Below, one piece after another: positions 1-11,297 of a stretch of 64,000 bases of DNA. The DNA is taken from contig NW_024704743.1 in assembly GCF_018977255.1 (NCBI RefSeq), forward strand, positions 23,128,001-23,192,000, read 5' to 3'. The stretch's first letter is position 1. Each line of letters begins with the position of its first letter. The notes beneath the pieces were generated by a model. The model was not told where the DNA came from, did no database searches, and was given only the letters and a program-made list of their open reading frames with translations. The stretch comes from Callorhinchus milii (lineage: Eukaryota). A program made the position numbers and the translations under genes.

Positions 1-85
1 ATCTGGGTGAACTGGAACAAAGGTTGCTCAGCTAAAGTTCCATCTGAACAGGCAGACGGTGCCTCGGTTTAACATCTCATCTGAA
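1..85 (-). mobile_element. DeuSINE-type (SacSINE1/AmnSINE1-like) central-domain fragment
   Basis: Reverse complement reads TTCAGATGAGATGTTAAACCGAGGCACCGTCTGCCTGTTCAGATGGA, the Deu-domain motif as I recall it; the same motif recurs at 16520, 29640, 31740, 44240, 44540 and 55780. Confidence 0.7.
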
Positions 86-404
86 CTTTCCATTTGGCTA
101 ACCTTTGCTCCAAAAATATGCTGTTTTCACTGAAGAGCAATCTCTTGTCAGCTGGTTTGGCCTTCATGCTTCATGCTGTTCGCAATACTATTTACAGGTA
201 GGCACAGGATGGAACACTAACTTCACTCGGGGACGTACAGTTTCAAATGTTGAAGCAAACAAGTGCCAATTGAATCTTTTACTGGGGCCTCGGTTACCTG
301 TTATTTAGTCGATGGAGTAAAATCCCATTCTTTGTTACAAGCAATGCCTTTGGTATGGCACAACTATAACAAGAAATCTTATTCGCGGCCAACATCACCA
401 AAGG

Positions 405-610
405 CAACACAACAACAACTTGCATTTATATAGCTCCTTTCACGCGAGGCAGCATCTCGGAGCATTTACCAATGGCGGAGCTTGATGCCGAACCGGGGAC
501 CGTAAGCACCTGACTCTGAGCCGGGGTCCAAAGAGGAAGGTCTTCAGTTGTGATCTAAAAGAGGGGTAAAAAGGGGCAAGGCAGAGGGAGTCCAAAGCTT
601 CAGGGCATGA
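405..610 (-). mobile_element. L2 LINE 3' end (tail type C)
   Basis: (AAC)n then TTGCATTTATATAG, followed by GAAGGTCTTCAG (reverse complement of the LKTFLF coding end). Confidence 0.75.
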
Positions 611-1159
611 CCAAATACGCAAAACACTGAACAGAATTTTTACCCCGACATCATTAATTTCTTCTGGCATAACCTTTATCTTACATGAATGTTGCAGGCT
701 TTGCCTGCAGTATTTGACACTGCCAAAGTGTAAACCTTAAACCCTAAAATTTCCCTTTCTTGACCCAGCCTGGATACTAGGTATTTGCATGCACTGTTTA
801 TCATTTGCTATCAGTTATTACATGTATGTTTAGAGAACAGTAATCTATTTTGCTGCAGGAAGGCAGTGCAGAGGTGGCTGGAGCATAAATAGTGATGCAG
901 CCAATAACTGACTGGACTGTCAGGAAGCTGGTAACTTGGGAGAATCTTTGCTGCCCTAAAGTTTAGAGCTGATGTGCATCAAACAAAATTAATTGTGAAA
1001 CAACTTGTCACAAAGCATTATTTTCTTTGGACAACACTTTGATACCTGATCCTGTTGGATAAACAGGATAAGTCTTGTATTGTTTCCTGAAAGTTGCTTT
1101 GTGTAAAATAATTGGAGTGTGGTAATAACTTGCACAGCTCCTGGAATCCTAGTAACCAG

Positions 1160-1295
1160 TGGAGGCCTGTAGGGTATTGTTTAGAGCGCTCGCCTCACAA
1201 GAGAGAGGAACCGGGTCCAATTCCCAGGCAAGGCAGAACCTTAGGAGAGTTTCCTTACTCCACACGCCTCTGTGTAACAAGTAACAAAAATCAGT
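1160..1295 (+). mobile_element. tRNA-derived SINE, long-form 5' fragment
   Basis: GTGGAGGCCTGTAG...CCTTAGGAGAGTTTCCTTACTCCACACGCCTCTGT matches the SINE head and the start of the long-form insert. Confidence 0.75.
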
Positions 1296-1299
1296 AGCA

Positions 1300-1517
1300 A
1301 TCTCCTGGGTCCCCCTCCATCTCTTCCTCTATCCCTCCGCCTTTCCCCTTCCTTCCCCATCTTCAGATTGCACCTGAAGACCTTCCTATTCGAATGTGCC
1401 TACGGTCACCTCCCCACTCCCCCCGGTTCAGCTTCGCGCTCCGCACTGACAAGCTCGCTGGGACTCTACCCTACATGATCGGCGTTATATAAATGCAAGT
1501 TGCTGCTTTTGTTGTTG
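1300..1517 (+). mobile_element. L2 LINE 3' end (tail type C)
   Basis: CACCTGAAGACCTTCCTATTCGA (LKTFLF) ... ATATAAATGCAAGTTGCTG(TTG)n. Confidence 0.8.
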
Positions 1518-2490
1518 TCTTCTCCCAATTGTACTCAACACTTGGGTTGGGTACCTTCTGATGGTGAGTCTATCATTGGCATTGGCAGTCTGTCCCTGCA
1601 ATAACACTGCCTTCCTCATCAATGATATACAGACAATAGGTACAATCGCCATAGTTAAAAGTCTGCCAGACTGAAACACTACAACTGCAGGAACAACACA
1701 AAGCAAGTGAAGCACAGTGAGTCAATTTGCTTAGGCTGTAACAAGAAATTCTACTCTCTTGATCATGAATTGTTACTTACAATGTGAGGGAATGTGACTT
1801 CACCTACAAATAGTGTGCCAAGATAATGCTGTGCTGGCTATGGATTTTATTAGCATTTCAGGTCACATCATTGTACCCAGGCTTTTCAATTATTGTACAA
1901 TGTTAAGCGAAGTGTACACTGAACAGAAAGACATTTTCTTAATAGAAGTATTAATGATTTCAACAAATGTCACTCTTACAGCAGCCGGACAAGTGAAAGC
2001 TTCAATTTTGCTAGATGATAAACAGCTACATAATGAATATTCCCAGCTGTGCTCTCATGGGTAGCTGCTAATCCACAATATAACTGAGGGTAACAAATGC
2101 TTCTGGGAGAGCAATCCTGTACCTTGTTATGTGTATTCATCCAGGCACCAATTAATAATCCTTAAACAGGCTTAACAACCTGCTTTCACACATAGTCGGA
2201 TATCTATCGATCAATTTGTGACCTGCTGTTTATAATTCAAATTCATTGACCCTAGTGAATCCGCAGCAATATACGCAGTGTTTAACCCAATACATGCCAT
2301 GAGCTTAAAGATATCTGATGATAGACCCGGCCCCCCCCACTCCCCACCCCATGGCTAGTTAATTTCGTAATGAATTGCATTAGATTGTTGATGGATTGAC
2401 ATTAAAACCACACAAACTATTCTTAACAGTATTTATCCACTCAGCGGGCTCTGGTCTGGTTCATGTCCCCCACCTCACCCAGCCTACTCA

Positions 2491-2792
2491 GTGGAGTCCT
2501 CCAGCTCAGTGGTTAGAGCACTCGCCTTGCAAGCGAGACACCTGGGTTCAATTCCAGGCAGGGCAAAACCTTGGGCAAGTTTCCTTACTCCACACTCCTA
2601 ATAATAACCCCTCCAAAACAAAACAATAATAAATTGGTCATTTTCAATCCACGACTGGTGTGTGCAATTGGCTGCTGCGTTTCGCTCACAAATATACAGT
2701 CAATTCACTTTACAGCATATTCTGTGAAGCGCTTTGAGACGTCGAGAAGACATGAAAAGCACTATATCAAATGCAAGGATTATTATTATTAT
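2491..2792 (+). mobile_element. tRNA-Ala-derived SINE, short form, full length (SINE2-1_CM-like from memory)
   Basis: A box CAGCTCAGTGG, B box GGTTCAATTCC, anticodon-like arm CTCGC-CTTGCAA-GCGAG, L2-like stem-loop tail and (ATT)n. Confidence 0.92.
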
Positions 2793-3214
2793 CTTTAGCA
2801 GAATGTTTCACCTAAGAAATTGGTGTTGAGGATTCTCGTCGGTATACTGGTAGGCTAACTGGACTGTAACTGCATGGTTGATATACCACTCCTATTTTAA
2901 ACATTATGAGCCTCCTTTTACTTCTTAGGTATGGCTCTTAAATTTAGAGAATAACAAGAAGAGCCTCATCTATTTCCTCACTCATCTCCCTGAGGATCCT
3001 GGATCATAAAGTCTAAATCTCCTTTAGTCATTGCCAATTTTATCTTCTCTGGACGCAAAACTAAACCCCTGCTGTGATTTGTCACTGTGGTAAAGGTATT
3101 CAGATGGTAAACTACACAGAACCTGTCCACAAAAATTACTGTATATCCATAAGTATGCTTGGTGTAGTAGATTGTTACTTTATTTGAATAATAAGCTAAG
3201 AGAGAGATATAATA

Positions 3215-3650
3215 TATCATACAATCATAATAGGTTCACAGGAATTAATGATGCCATCCAGCCCCTCATTCCCATGCTGGTGCTATTTCCACCCATTGGA
3301 GTAATATACTCTAATCCTCTTTCATGTACCCTATTTTTCATTAAGTATTTATTTAATTCCTTTCTCGATTGCTATTTGGCTTCACCAGCAAATTGTGGTA
3401 AGTTATTCCACTTTTCCTCTGTGTAAGAATATTTCTTCTGATCTTTCCCCTTTTTACTTCCAGTGAAAATCCTCAATTTATAATCCTCCTTTGTTTCTGA
3501 CTCACTGACTGGTGAAAATAGCCTTTCTTTATTTATCCCATCAAAAGCTTTTATGATTTGGAAGAATGCGATAAGATCTCCCTTAACTTTCTTTCCTCTA
3601 GTGCTGAGATGGGGAAGGTTGCAAACCACTAGCCTTCTGTACAGGGTAAC
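3215..3650 (-). mobile_element. Old CR1 LINE 3' end (ORF2 C-terminus remnant)
   Basis: Minus-strand ORF contains KGDLIAFFQIIKAFDGINKERLF...WNNLP, the typical CR1 RGDLI..FK..KG..WN.LP C-terminus. Confidence 0.75.
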
Positions 3651-4253
3651 TGTGTAAGTGTTTGAGTGGTTCTGCCTCAATCTCATTATTGATTTAGGTT
3701 CAGCCTTTGGACTCAGAATTCATTTTCAATGATAGTACAAGCTTGTGGTAAATGAGTACTAACTGATGTTAAGGAACAAAAGTCTAAGGTCCCCTTGGCT
3801 GCAGAAGAACTGTGTCTCTTTTGAATTGTGCTGACACGACAGCGAGATCTGGTCAAAGTGCTCTTGTCCGCTCATCTCTCTAAACGCACTGGCAGGATCT
3901 TGGTTGAAAAACATAAGTGGTTGAAAATTCAGGGTTCGACAGCATCAAGTTATGAACATTAAACACACTCGCCTTTTTGACCTTCATTTCCCAAGAGAGA
4001 AGAAAATGTTAGAGGAAACCTAGATCATATTTCTTACACTTGCTTGAGAACACGATTTTTTTTCCTTACATAGATTCACTAAGAATGTGTCAAAGCCGAG
4101 GTAATTTGATTACCTGACACATGAAGGATACTTCAAAAAGCAGACGTAAAACTCCGTCAGAGAATTTAAAGTACTGAGTGACCGAAGTGAGATTCAGTCA
4201 ATTTTTGCTCCGTGGTACGTACATCCTTGATACTCCTTGGTACCTTCCTTGTC

Positions 4254-4390
4254 TTTGAGACGTCTCAAAGCGCTTCACAGAATATACTGTAAAGTAAATT
4301 GACTGTAAATCTTGTGGGCGAAACGCAGCAGCCAATTGCGCACAGCAGTGTACCACAAACAGTTGTGGATTGAGTTACCAAATTATTTAT
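4254..4390 (-). mobile_element. tRNA-derived SINE 3' half
   Basis: GAGACGTCTCAAAGCGCTTCACAGAATATACTGTAAAG...CAGCCAATTGCGCACAGCAGTG matches the SINE 3' half. Confidence 0.85.
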
Positions 4391-4451
4391 TAATTCCTCC
4401 CTCTCCCCTCCCTCCCATCCTTCCCACCCCTTCCCTCCTGTTATGACACCT

Positions 4452-4770
4452 ACAACAACAACAACTTGTACTTATATTCCATGCAGGGTAGCATCTCAGA
4501 GCGCTTAACAGTGGTGGCCTCAAGCACGGTCGAAGTTTTCAGGCGGTACTTGAAAGAGGGGAGAGAGGGAGCAAGGCAGAAGGATTGAGGGAGAGTGTTG
4601 CAGAGTTTGGGGGCGTGGTGGCTGAAAGTGCAACCTCCGATGGTGGGGCGGAGGGTGCGAGGGATGAGCAGGAGGCCGGTCGGTGCCAGTTGAGCGGAGG
4701 CGCCGGGTGGTGGATTGGGGAGTGAGGAGTTCAGAGAGGTAGGGAGGTGTCAGGGAGTGAAGGGATTCAC
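4452..4770 (-). mobile_element. L2 LINE 3' fragment
   Basis: (AAC)n tail followed by a purine-rich reverse complement of the L2 C-terminal coding region. Confidence 0.75.
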
Positions 4771-4789
4771 TTCTGGAGTGAATACGGGG

Positions 4790-5405
4790 AACCTAAACTG
4801 ATTCCCCATCTTCACCCCAGTTCAACTGGATGTTAAAAATCCCATGTCATTAATTAAAAAGACCAGGGAATTTCTCCCAGTGTCCTGGCCAACAATTCCT
4901 CAGATAAAAAAAGATCATCCACTTCATGGCTTGTAGCACATACTGCGCACAAATTGGCTTCCAAAAATGCACAGTCATTACACTTTATAATTTTGTGGAG
5001 TCCTGTAGCTCAATGGTTAGAGCACTCGCTTTGCAAGCGAGAGACCTGAGTTCAATTCCAGGCAGGTCAGGGCGAAACCTTGGGCAAGTTTCCTTACTCC
5101 ACACGCCTAATAATAATCCCTCCAAAACCAAAAACAATAATAAATTGGTCATTTTCAATCTACGACTGTCTGTGGGACATTGCTGTGTGCAATTGGCTGC
5201 TGCGTTCGCCCACAAATATACAGTCAATTCACTTTACAGTGTGTTCTGTGAAGCGCTTTGGGACATCCTCCTGACGTGAAAAGCGCTATATCAAATGCAA
5301 GGATTATTATTATTATTATTATTATTATAATAAATCCTGTGAGGCTCTTTAAGAAGCTTTGACAAAGTGATAAGGCATTATATCAAATACAAGGATGATT
5401 ATTAC
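4790..5405 (+). mobile_element. Old DeuSINE-type SINE interrupted by a young SINE at 4995-5328
   Basis: GATGTTAAAAATCCCATG...TCTCCCAGTGTCCTGGCCAAC before the insertion; the tail resumes at 5330 (CCTGTGAGGC...ATATCAAATACAAGGATGATTATT). Confidence 0.7.
4995..5328 (+). mobile_element. tRNA-Ala-derived SINE, short form, young subfamily
   Basis: Complete head, body and tail with (ATT)n; very similar to the copies at 9172 and 51039. Confidence 0.95.
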
Positions 5406-5499
5406 GCTTTTGAAATGTGAAATTATTTATAGATATTTTCCTTTTATCATTGGTTTGCTTTCTCCTCCATGACAATTTTCCACTAATGAGTCACCTGGA

Positions 5500-5632
5500 T
5501 ATGCAAACCGAATGCATCTGTTCACTCTTTACTCAGACAGGGATATTTCCATGTGTAGGTGGCATATATATATGTGGAACTCTCAGTCTAGTTTGGAAGC
5601 TCTCAAGCATATTATTAGACATCTGTCTGACC
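5500..5632 (+). repeat. Unassigned interspersed repeat family X, 3' end
   Basis: TTTCCATGTGTAGGTGGCAT...GTGGAACTCTCAGTCTAGTTTGGA shared with 45945-46000 and with the reverse complement of 32900-32960. Confidence 0.75.
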
Positions 5633-5647
5633 ACAGTCACATCGACT

Positions 5648-8600
5648 GCCCCATTCCCCACTACCGCCGCAAACCATCCCGGACCCAGACCTCAGGGGCT
5701 AACTTCTCCTCCTTATCCACATCCCCACCCTCCCTGCCAACCAATCCACTACTCCCTTCCATCCCACACATCCCCCTGCCAACTGTTCACTCTGCATTGG
5801 CCTTCAAAACATCTGCTCCATCTCCAATAAGATCCTGGCCGTCAGCGGTCTCATCCTCGATGAGAACATTGATATGGATCACCCCAGGTGGCACCTTTCC
5901 CCTCACTGAGGCCACACCACCCGGCTATACCTACCACCATGCCCCACGCACCAACCATCGTGGCGGTGGGGTGGCCCTCATCTCCAGGGTGTCACTTGCC
6001 CTATCCCCCTACTCCCCTGGCTCATTCTCCTCTTTTGAACACCTTACCCTCTACCATCCCTCCCATCTCTCACTAAAAATTCTCCTAATTTACCACCCCC
6101 GAAAATCCTCCCCCACCTTCATCTCTGACATCTCCACCCTTCTAGCTTCCATCTGCCTCTGCTCCAACAGCCTCATCATCCTAGGTGACTTCAACCTCCA
6201 CTTCACCCCCTCCTGCTCCATCTCCTCAGACTTCTCCTCTCTCCTCTCCTCTCTCAACCTCTCCCTCCACATCCATTCTGCTACCCACGGTCACCCGCTC
6301 AACCTGGTGTTCTCCCAGGGCCTCAGCGTCTCGGATGTCACTATCACCGACAAGGCCATCTCTGACCACCATTTCATCTCCCTCAACTCCCATATCCCTC
6401 TTCCCACTGCCTCCAAACCTACCACCATCTCCTACCACCTGTGGAAGAAGATCTCCCCACAATCCCTCTTTGCTTCCCTGGAGTCCTCTGAACTCCTCCT
6501 CCTCTGGCCCACCTCTCGCACCAACCCACTCACTGTACTCACTCTTCTCCACAGCACCCTCTCCACCACACTTGACGCCCTTGCCCCCCTCACCTCCTAA
6601 ACTGCCTCCTATTCCCGATCCTCACCCTGGTTCACCAGCAATCTCCACTCACTCAAGGGCCAGGTGTGGGCTGCCGAACGCACTTGGCTCAAATCCGCCC
6701 TAACGGTCCACTGGCACATCTGGCTGGACCACATCAAAACCTACCGCTCCGCTCCGCTCTCGCCTCAGCCAAATCGTCCTTCTAATCCAGGGTAATCCTG
6801 GATGCGAAGGGCAACCCCAGGCTCCTGTTCTCCATCATCAACCTGCTCCTCTGCCCTCCCCGCCATGACTTGCAAATTCTTTCCTCCAATTCCCACTGCA
6901 AGGAAATGCTGGACTTCCTTGAGTCCAAAATTGAGGGAATCCGCTCAGCTGCCACTGCCCTCCCAACTTCCACCCTCTCCCTACCCCCACCCCCCACACT
7001 CCGACCACTACCCATCCCTCCTTCCACACCTTTGAACCTGTCACCCCCTTCTCTATCATCACCACCGTATCCTCTGTGAAGCTCACCACCTGCTCCCTGG
7101 ACCTCATCCCCATCCCTCTCCTTAAATCCCAGCTCCAACTCCTTGCCCCACTATTCAGCAACATCATCAACCTCTCTCTGTCATCTGGCACTGTTCCTAC
7201 CCCCCTCAAAATAGCCACTATCACCTCCACCTTGAAGAAACCTTCTCTTGACCCATCACAGCTATCCAGCTACCAGGCCATCTCCCACCTCCCTTTTCTG
7301 TCTAAGGTCCTTGAGAGAGCCATTGCCTCCCAGCTTCACTCTTTCGTCTCCTTTCACTCCCTCCATGAACCCCTCCAATCGGGTTTCTGTGCTGCCCACA
7401 GGTCTGGTCAAGGTCACAAACAACATCCTGATCATGTGTGACCAGGGCTCCCTCTGCCTCCTCGTCCTCCTCGACCTCTCCGCCGCTTTTGACACTGTGG
7501 ACTATTCAATCCTCCTCCACCGCCTCTCCTCTCACCTCAACCTCCAAGGTTCTGTCCTTGATTGGTTCAGGTCCTACCTTCACACCGCCTCTACTTCGTC
7601 TCAGCAAACGGCTTCTCCTCCAGCCCCCACACCGTCTCGTGCAGCGTTCCTCAGGGCTCTGTCCTCTTCACCTCATCATGACATCATCCGCAGACACGGG
7701 GTAAATTTCCACATGTATGCGGATGACACCCAACTCTATCTCTCTGTCTCCACCCTCAACTCCAGGACTACTGGCGTCCTGACCGACTGCCTGTCCGACA
7801 TCAAGTCCTGGACGAGGGACAACTTCCTCCAATTGAACGTCAGCAAGATCGAGGCCCTCCAGATTGGCTCGCGCCAGTGCTTCCCCAACTCGATGCTGGC
7901 AGCATCAGCCTCCATGGTTACACACTCAACCTAAGCCAGTCAGGAACCTGGGTGTCTTGTTTGACCCTGAAATGTCCTTTCTCCTCCCACATCCGCGCCA
8001 TGACCGGCACTGCCTACCACTGCCTCACCACTCAAGATGCCGAAACCCTTATCCACGCATTCGTCACATCAAGGCTCGATAATGAAAATTCCCTCTTCAT
8101 CAGTCTTCCGAATTCTACCCTTCACAAGCTGCAGATCATCCAAAACTCTGTAGCTCAGGTACTCTCATGCACCAGGCTCCGTGACTCCATCACTCCCACC
8201 CTCGCCCGACTCCACTGGCTCCCCATTCCCCAGAGGATTGAATTGAAGATCCTCATCCTCACTTTCAAGGCCATCCATGTCCTTGCCCCCTCCTACCTCT
8301 CTGACCTGCTGACTCCCTACCAACCTGCCCGCTCCCTCCATTCAGCGGGCTCCGGTCTGCTCCATGTCTCCCGCCCGACCCGCCCTACCATCGTTGGCCG
8401 GGCTTTCAGCCTCTCTGCCCCCACACTCTGGAACTCCATCCCACAGTCCCTTCACCTCGCTCCCTCCCTTGCCTCCTTCAAGGCCGGTCTCAAGACCCTC
8501 CTCTTTGATCGTGCCTTCAGTCACCCTCCCACCTCTCTGCCTTCCCTCACCCCTACCCCACCCCTCCCCCATGCTCGGGTCCTGACCCCTGACTGTCCAA

Positions 8601-8663
8601 CGCCTTGGCACGTCCTCCCAACATGAAGTCCGCTCTGTAAATCTAATATTGTTGTTGTCGTTG
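5648..8663 (+). mobile_element. L2 LINE (tail type A), near-complete ORF2 (APE endonuclease + reverse transcriptase), frameshifted
   Basis: APE motifs RGGGVAL, ILGDFNLH, SDHH; RT motifs LLDLSAAFDTVD, MYADDTQLY; C-terminal LHWLP and LWNS.P; (TTG)n tail. ORF is split across several frames. Confidence 0.95.
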
Positions 8664-9171
8664 ACCAGAAAAAAATGCAGTCTTGTGGTCTCTGGAATTT
8701 TCTGTCAAGCACAGCCCTTTTCAATTAATGGGATCTGTTTTTATCCTTAATCTATATAAACAGTGGAAGGAGCTGAGCCTTATGCCTGCGAAAAAACTGT
8801 AATTTAAATTCTCCACAGAAAGTATGCGAGTCAGAATAATGCATTATATAAACAATGCCTTATGTAGTATAATATTATTAGGTTTTTTATAGATATGAGT
8901 TCATGTAGAAATTTCAGAAAGCATCATCTGTCCTGTACCAGAATGCATCATAACCCAGCACTGAGCTTTAAATACTCATTTTATATTCGAAATTCTGTTG
9001 TTAAATTCAAAAAATGGAATTTAACATCTGGTTTGGAGACATTCTTATGCCAACACTTGAGGCATTATCAATCTTATTTTATTTGTAATGGGCCCAGGAA
9101 GAATTCTCAGTATAATAGTATTATTATTATAATCATCTAAATCAGAGGTGAAGGGATCATGTACAAATACA

Positions 9172-9512
9172 GTGGAGTCCTGTAGCTCAGTGGTTAGAGC
9201 ACTCACTTTGCAAGCGAGAGACCTGAGTTCAATTCCAGGCAGGTCAGGGCGAAACCTTGGGCAAGTTTCCTTACTCCACACAGAGCCTAATAATAATCCC
9301 TCCAAAAAACCAAAACAATAATAAATTGGTCATTTTCAATCTACGACTGTTTGTGGGACATTGCAGTGCGCAATTGGCTGCCGCGTTCGCCCACAAATAT
9401 ATACAGTCATTTCACTTTACAGTATATTCTGTGAAGCGCTTTGGGACGTCCTCCCAACGTGAAAAGCGCTATATCAAATGCAAGGATTATTATTATTATT
9501 ATTATTATTATT
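9172..9512 (+). mobile_element. tRNA-Ala-derived SINE, short form, young subfamily
   Basis: Full head with A and B boxes; tail GGGACGTCCTCCCAACGTGAAAAGCGC then (ATT)n. Confidence 0.95.
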
Positions 9513-9814
9513 AAATCTCTCCTGCTCCCTCACCCATCTATGTTAAGGTGCAAACTCATTGAGAGAGATTCCAAGACTCAACGATATGGATCCCCAGTTT
9601 GGGTGCCTCCAGGACTGTGAAGTGCTTTGAGGCGGCCTCCCTATGTGAAAGGCTCTATATAATTTGTATTCCATAACAGATTAGTGCAATATAGAGGGCG
9701 CTGCTGAGGTTTTTATATTGTGGGGCTGGTCTCAGTATAAGTGAAATGGGTAAGCCTTCCTGATGACTCAGACTAGAACAGCACTGGCCCAGTGTGATAC
9801 CGAACCCTATGTAC

Positions 9815-10745
9815 CTGGAAGGCAGAGGATTCCCATCCAACGTGACAGACACGGCCCTCGACTGCGTCCACACTATTTCCCTCACCTCTGCCCTCACCCC
9901 TTCCCCCTCTTCCGAGAACTGTGATAGGGTCCCCCTAGTCCTCATCTTCCACCCCACCAGCCTCAACATCCAACGATTAATTCTTCGCCATTTCCGGCAC
10001 CTCCAGCGTGACAACCACCAAACATATCTTTCCCTCCCCTCTCAGCAATCCGAAGGGACCGTTCCCTTTGCGACTCCCTGGTTCATTCCTCCATCACCAC
10101 CAACACCTGCTCTCCTCCCCGTGGCACCTGCCTGTGCCAGCACAAGAGGTGCAACACTTGCCAATTCATCTGTCCAGGGTCCCAAACGCAGTTTTCAAGT
10201 GAGACAGTGATTAATGTGTCCGACCACCAATGTAGTATTCTGTAGTACAGAATACTACATTGGTGGTAGGACACATAAATGTCACACCCTACCCTGTTCC
10301 AATGAAGCACAGTGCAAGCTCGAGGAACAGCACCTCATTTATCTGCCAGGGACCTTACAGCCTTCTGGCCTCAAAATTGACTTCAACCACTTCAGACCAT
10401 AAGAACAGCTTCCATCTTCCCATCTCCCATAACAGCTTTCCTTCCCTTTCCTCCTCTTCTGTGACACACCTTTCCTCTCTCTGGTTTGCCTCTGCTGCCC
10501 TTCTTTGTTTTGCATCATTAACACCTCTTTAACCCATCATCCCCTGTCCTCCACCACATTTTCTCCCTTCCCTCCTTTTTCTTCCTTGTCCTGCATCCCC
10601 ACTCTCTGTTAGTCTTTAAAACCTCTCCCTCCCAACATCCCCCAGTTCTGATGAAGGGTCTTGGACCCAACATGTTGACCCACTTTCCTTTCTCCATTGG
10701 TGCTGCCTGCCTTGCTGAGTGTTCCCAGCGACTTCTATTTTTGTT
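9815..10745 (+). mobile_element. Penelope-like element 3' part (RT C-terminus, degraded GIY-YIG region, 3' UTR/pseudo-LTR)
   Basis: RGFPSNVTDTAL...DRVPLVLIFHPTSLNIQRLILRHFRHLQRD, QGPKRSFQVRQ, YIG and CSNEAQCKLEEQHLIYLPGTLQPSGLKIDFNHFR are typical of shark Penelope-like elements. Confidence 0.88.
10643..10680 (+). ncRNA. Degenerate minimal hammerhead ribozyme motif of the Penelope element
   Basis: CTGATGA core at 10648-10654 and stem II GGGTC-ttg-GACCC; the expected GAAAC is mutated to AACAT. Confidence 0.6.
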
Positions 10746-11297
10746 TAACATTGTAAACAGGACAATTGAGGTATATTTGCAGCAGTAGGTGGAGGGAACT
10801 CCAAACTCCATGTAAGCAAAGTAACAACACTGGATCTGATTAAAGCTCTCAGGGAGTGTTGTGATATTCTTCATTTTACTTTTAAATACATAACTGAAAT
10901 TGCCTTCATTTACATCAGAACTGCTCAAACAGCAGGCCTGAATTCAAATGTGTACTTTTACATCTGGGCCTCTGAAAGTTTGAACATTATGAATGATACA
11001 CTTCATTGCATCAAGGCAAATCAATCTGCAATACAGCATAGATCAAGGGGCTGCATTGATCTTCTGTATGGCCCTGCTGTTGTAGGCAGTCATCTCTGTG
11101 ATTTAAGCACCTTGTTAATCTTCATTGTTGTCTTCATTTCATAGTTTCCCTTCATTTAGTGCTGGGCATTGTCTCTAAATCATGCTCTTATGTAACATAG
11201 AAAACTATAAAAACAAGTGCTCAGCTTTGTGTTCCTTGACTGCTTATAGCCTCTAAATTTCCATAACATCCCCAATTCCTTTGCTTTGAGCCAACAG

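Noticed and set aside
2978..3220. Possible minus-strand exon (pyrimidine tract + AG near 3197, GTGAGG near 2981)
   Set aside because: The peptide resembles nothing I recognise and no partner exons were found; it needs RNA-seq to be taken further.
5512..6600. 362-aa ORF as a domesticated endonuclease gene
   Set aside because: It starts in family X and runs into L2. The true APE N-terminus (QNICSISNK...DENID) is in another frame and the catalytic LTETW segment is deleted, so it is a chance fusion in a dead L2.
9172..9250. tRNA-Ala gene (and similar heads at 2491, 4995, 51290)
   Set aside because: Each head continues into the same SINE body and L2 tail and lacks a proper acceptor stem and terminator; these are SINE heads.
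9684..9705. CTCF-like AGAGGGCGC site
   Set aside because: It lacks the 5' CC..C part of the motif and fits a decayed DeuSINE segment (AGTGCAGTACTGAGGGAGTGCTGC) better.
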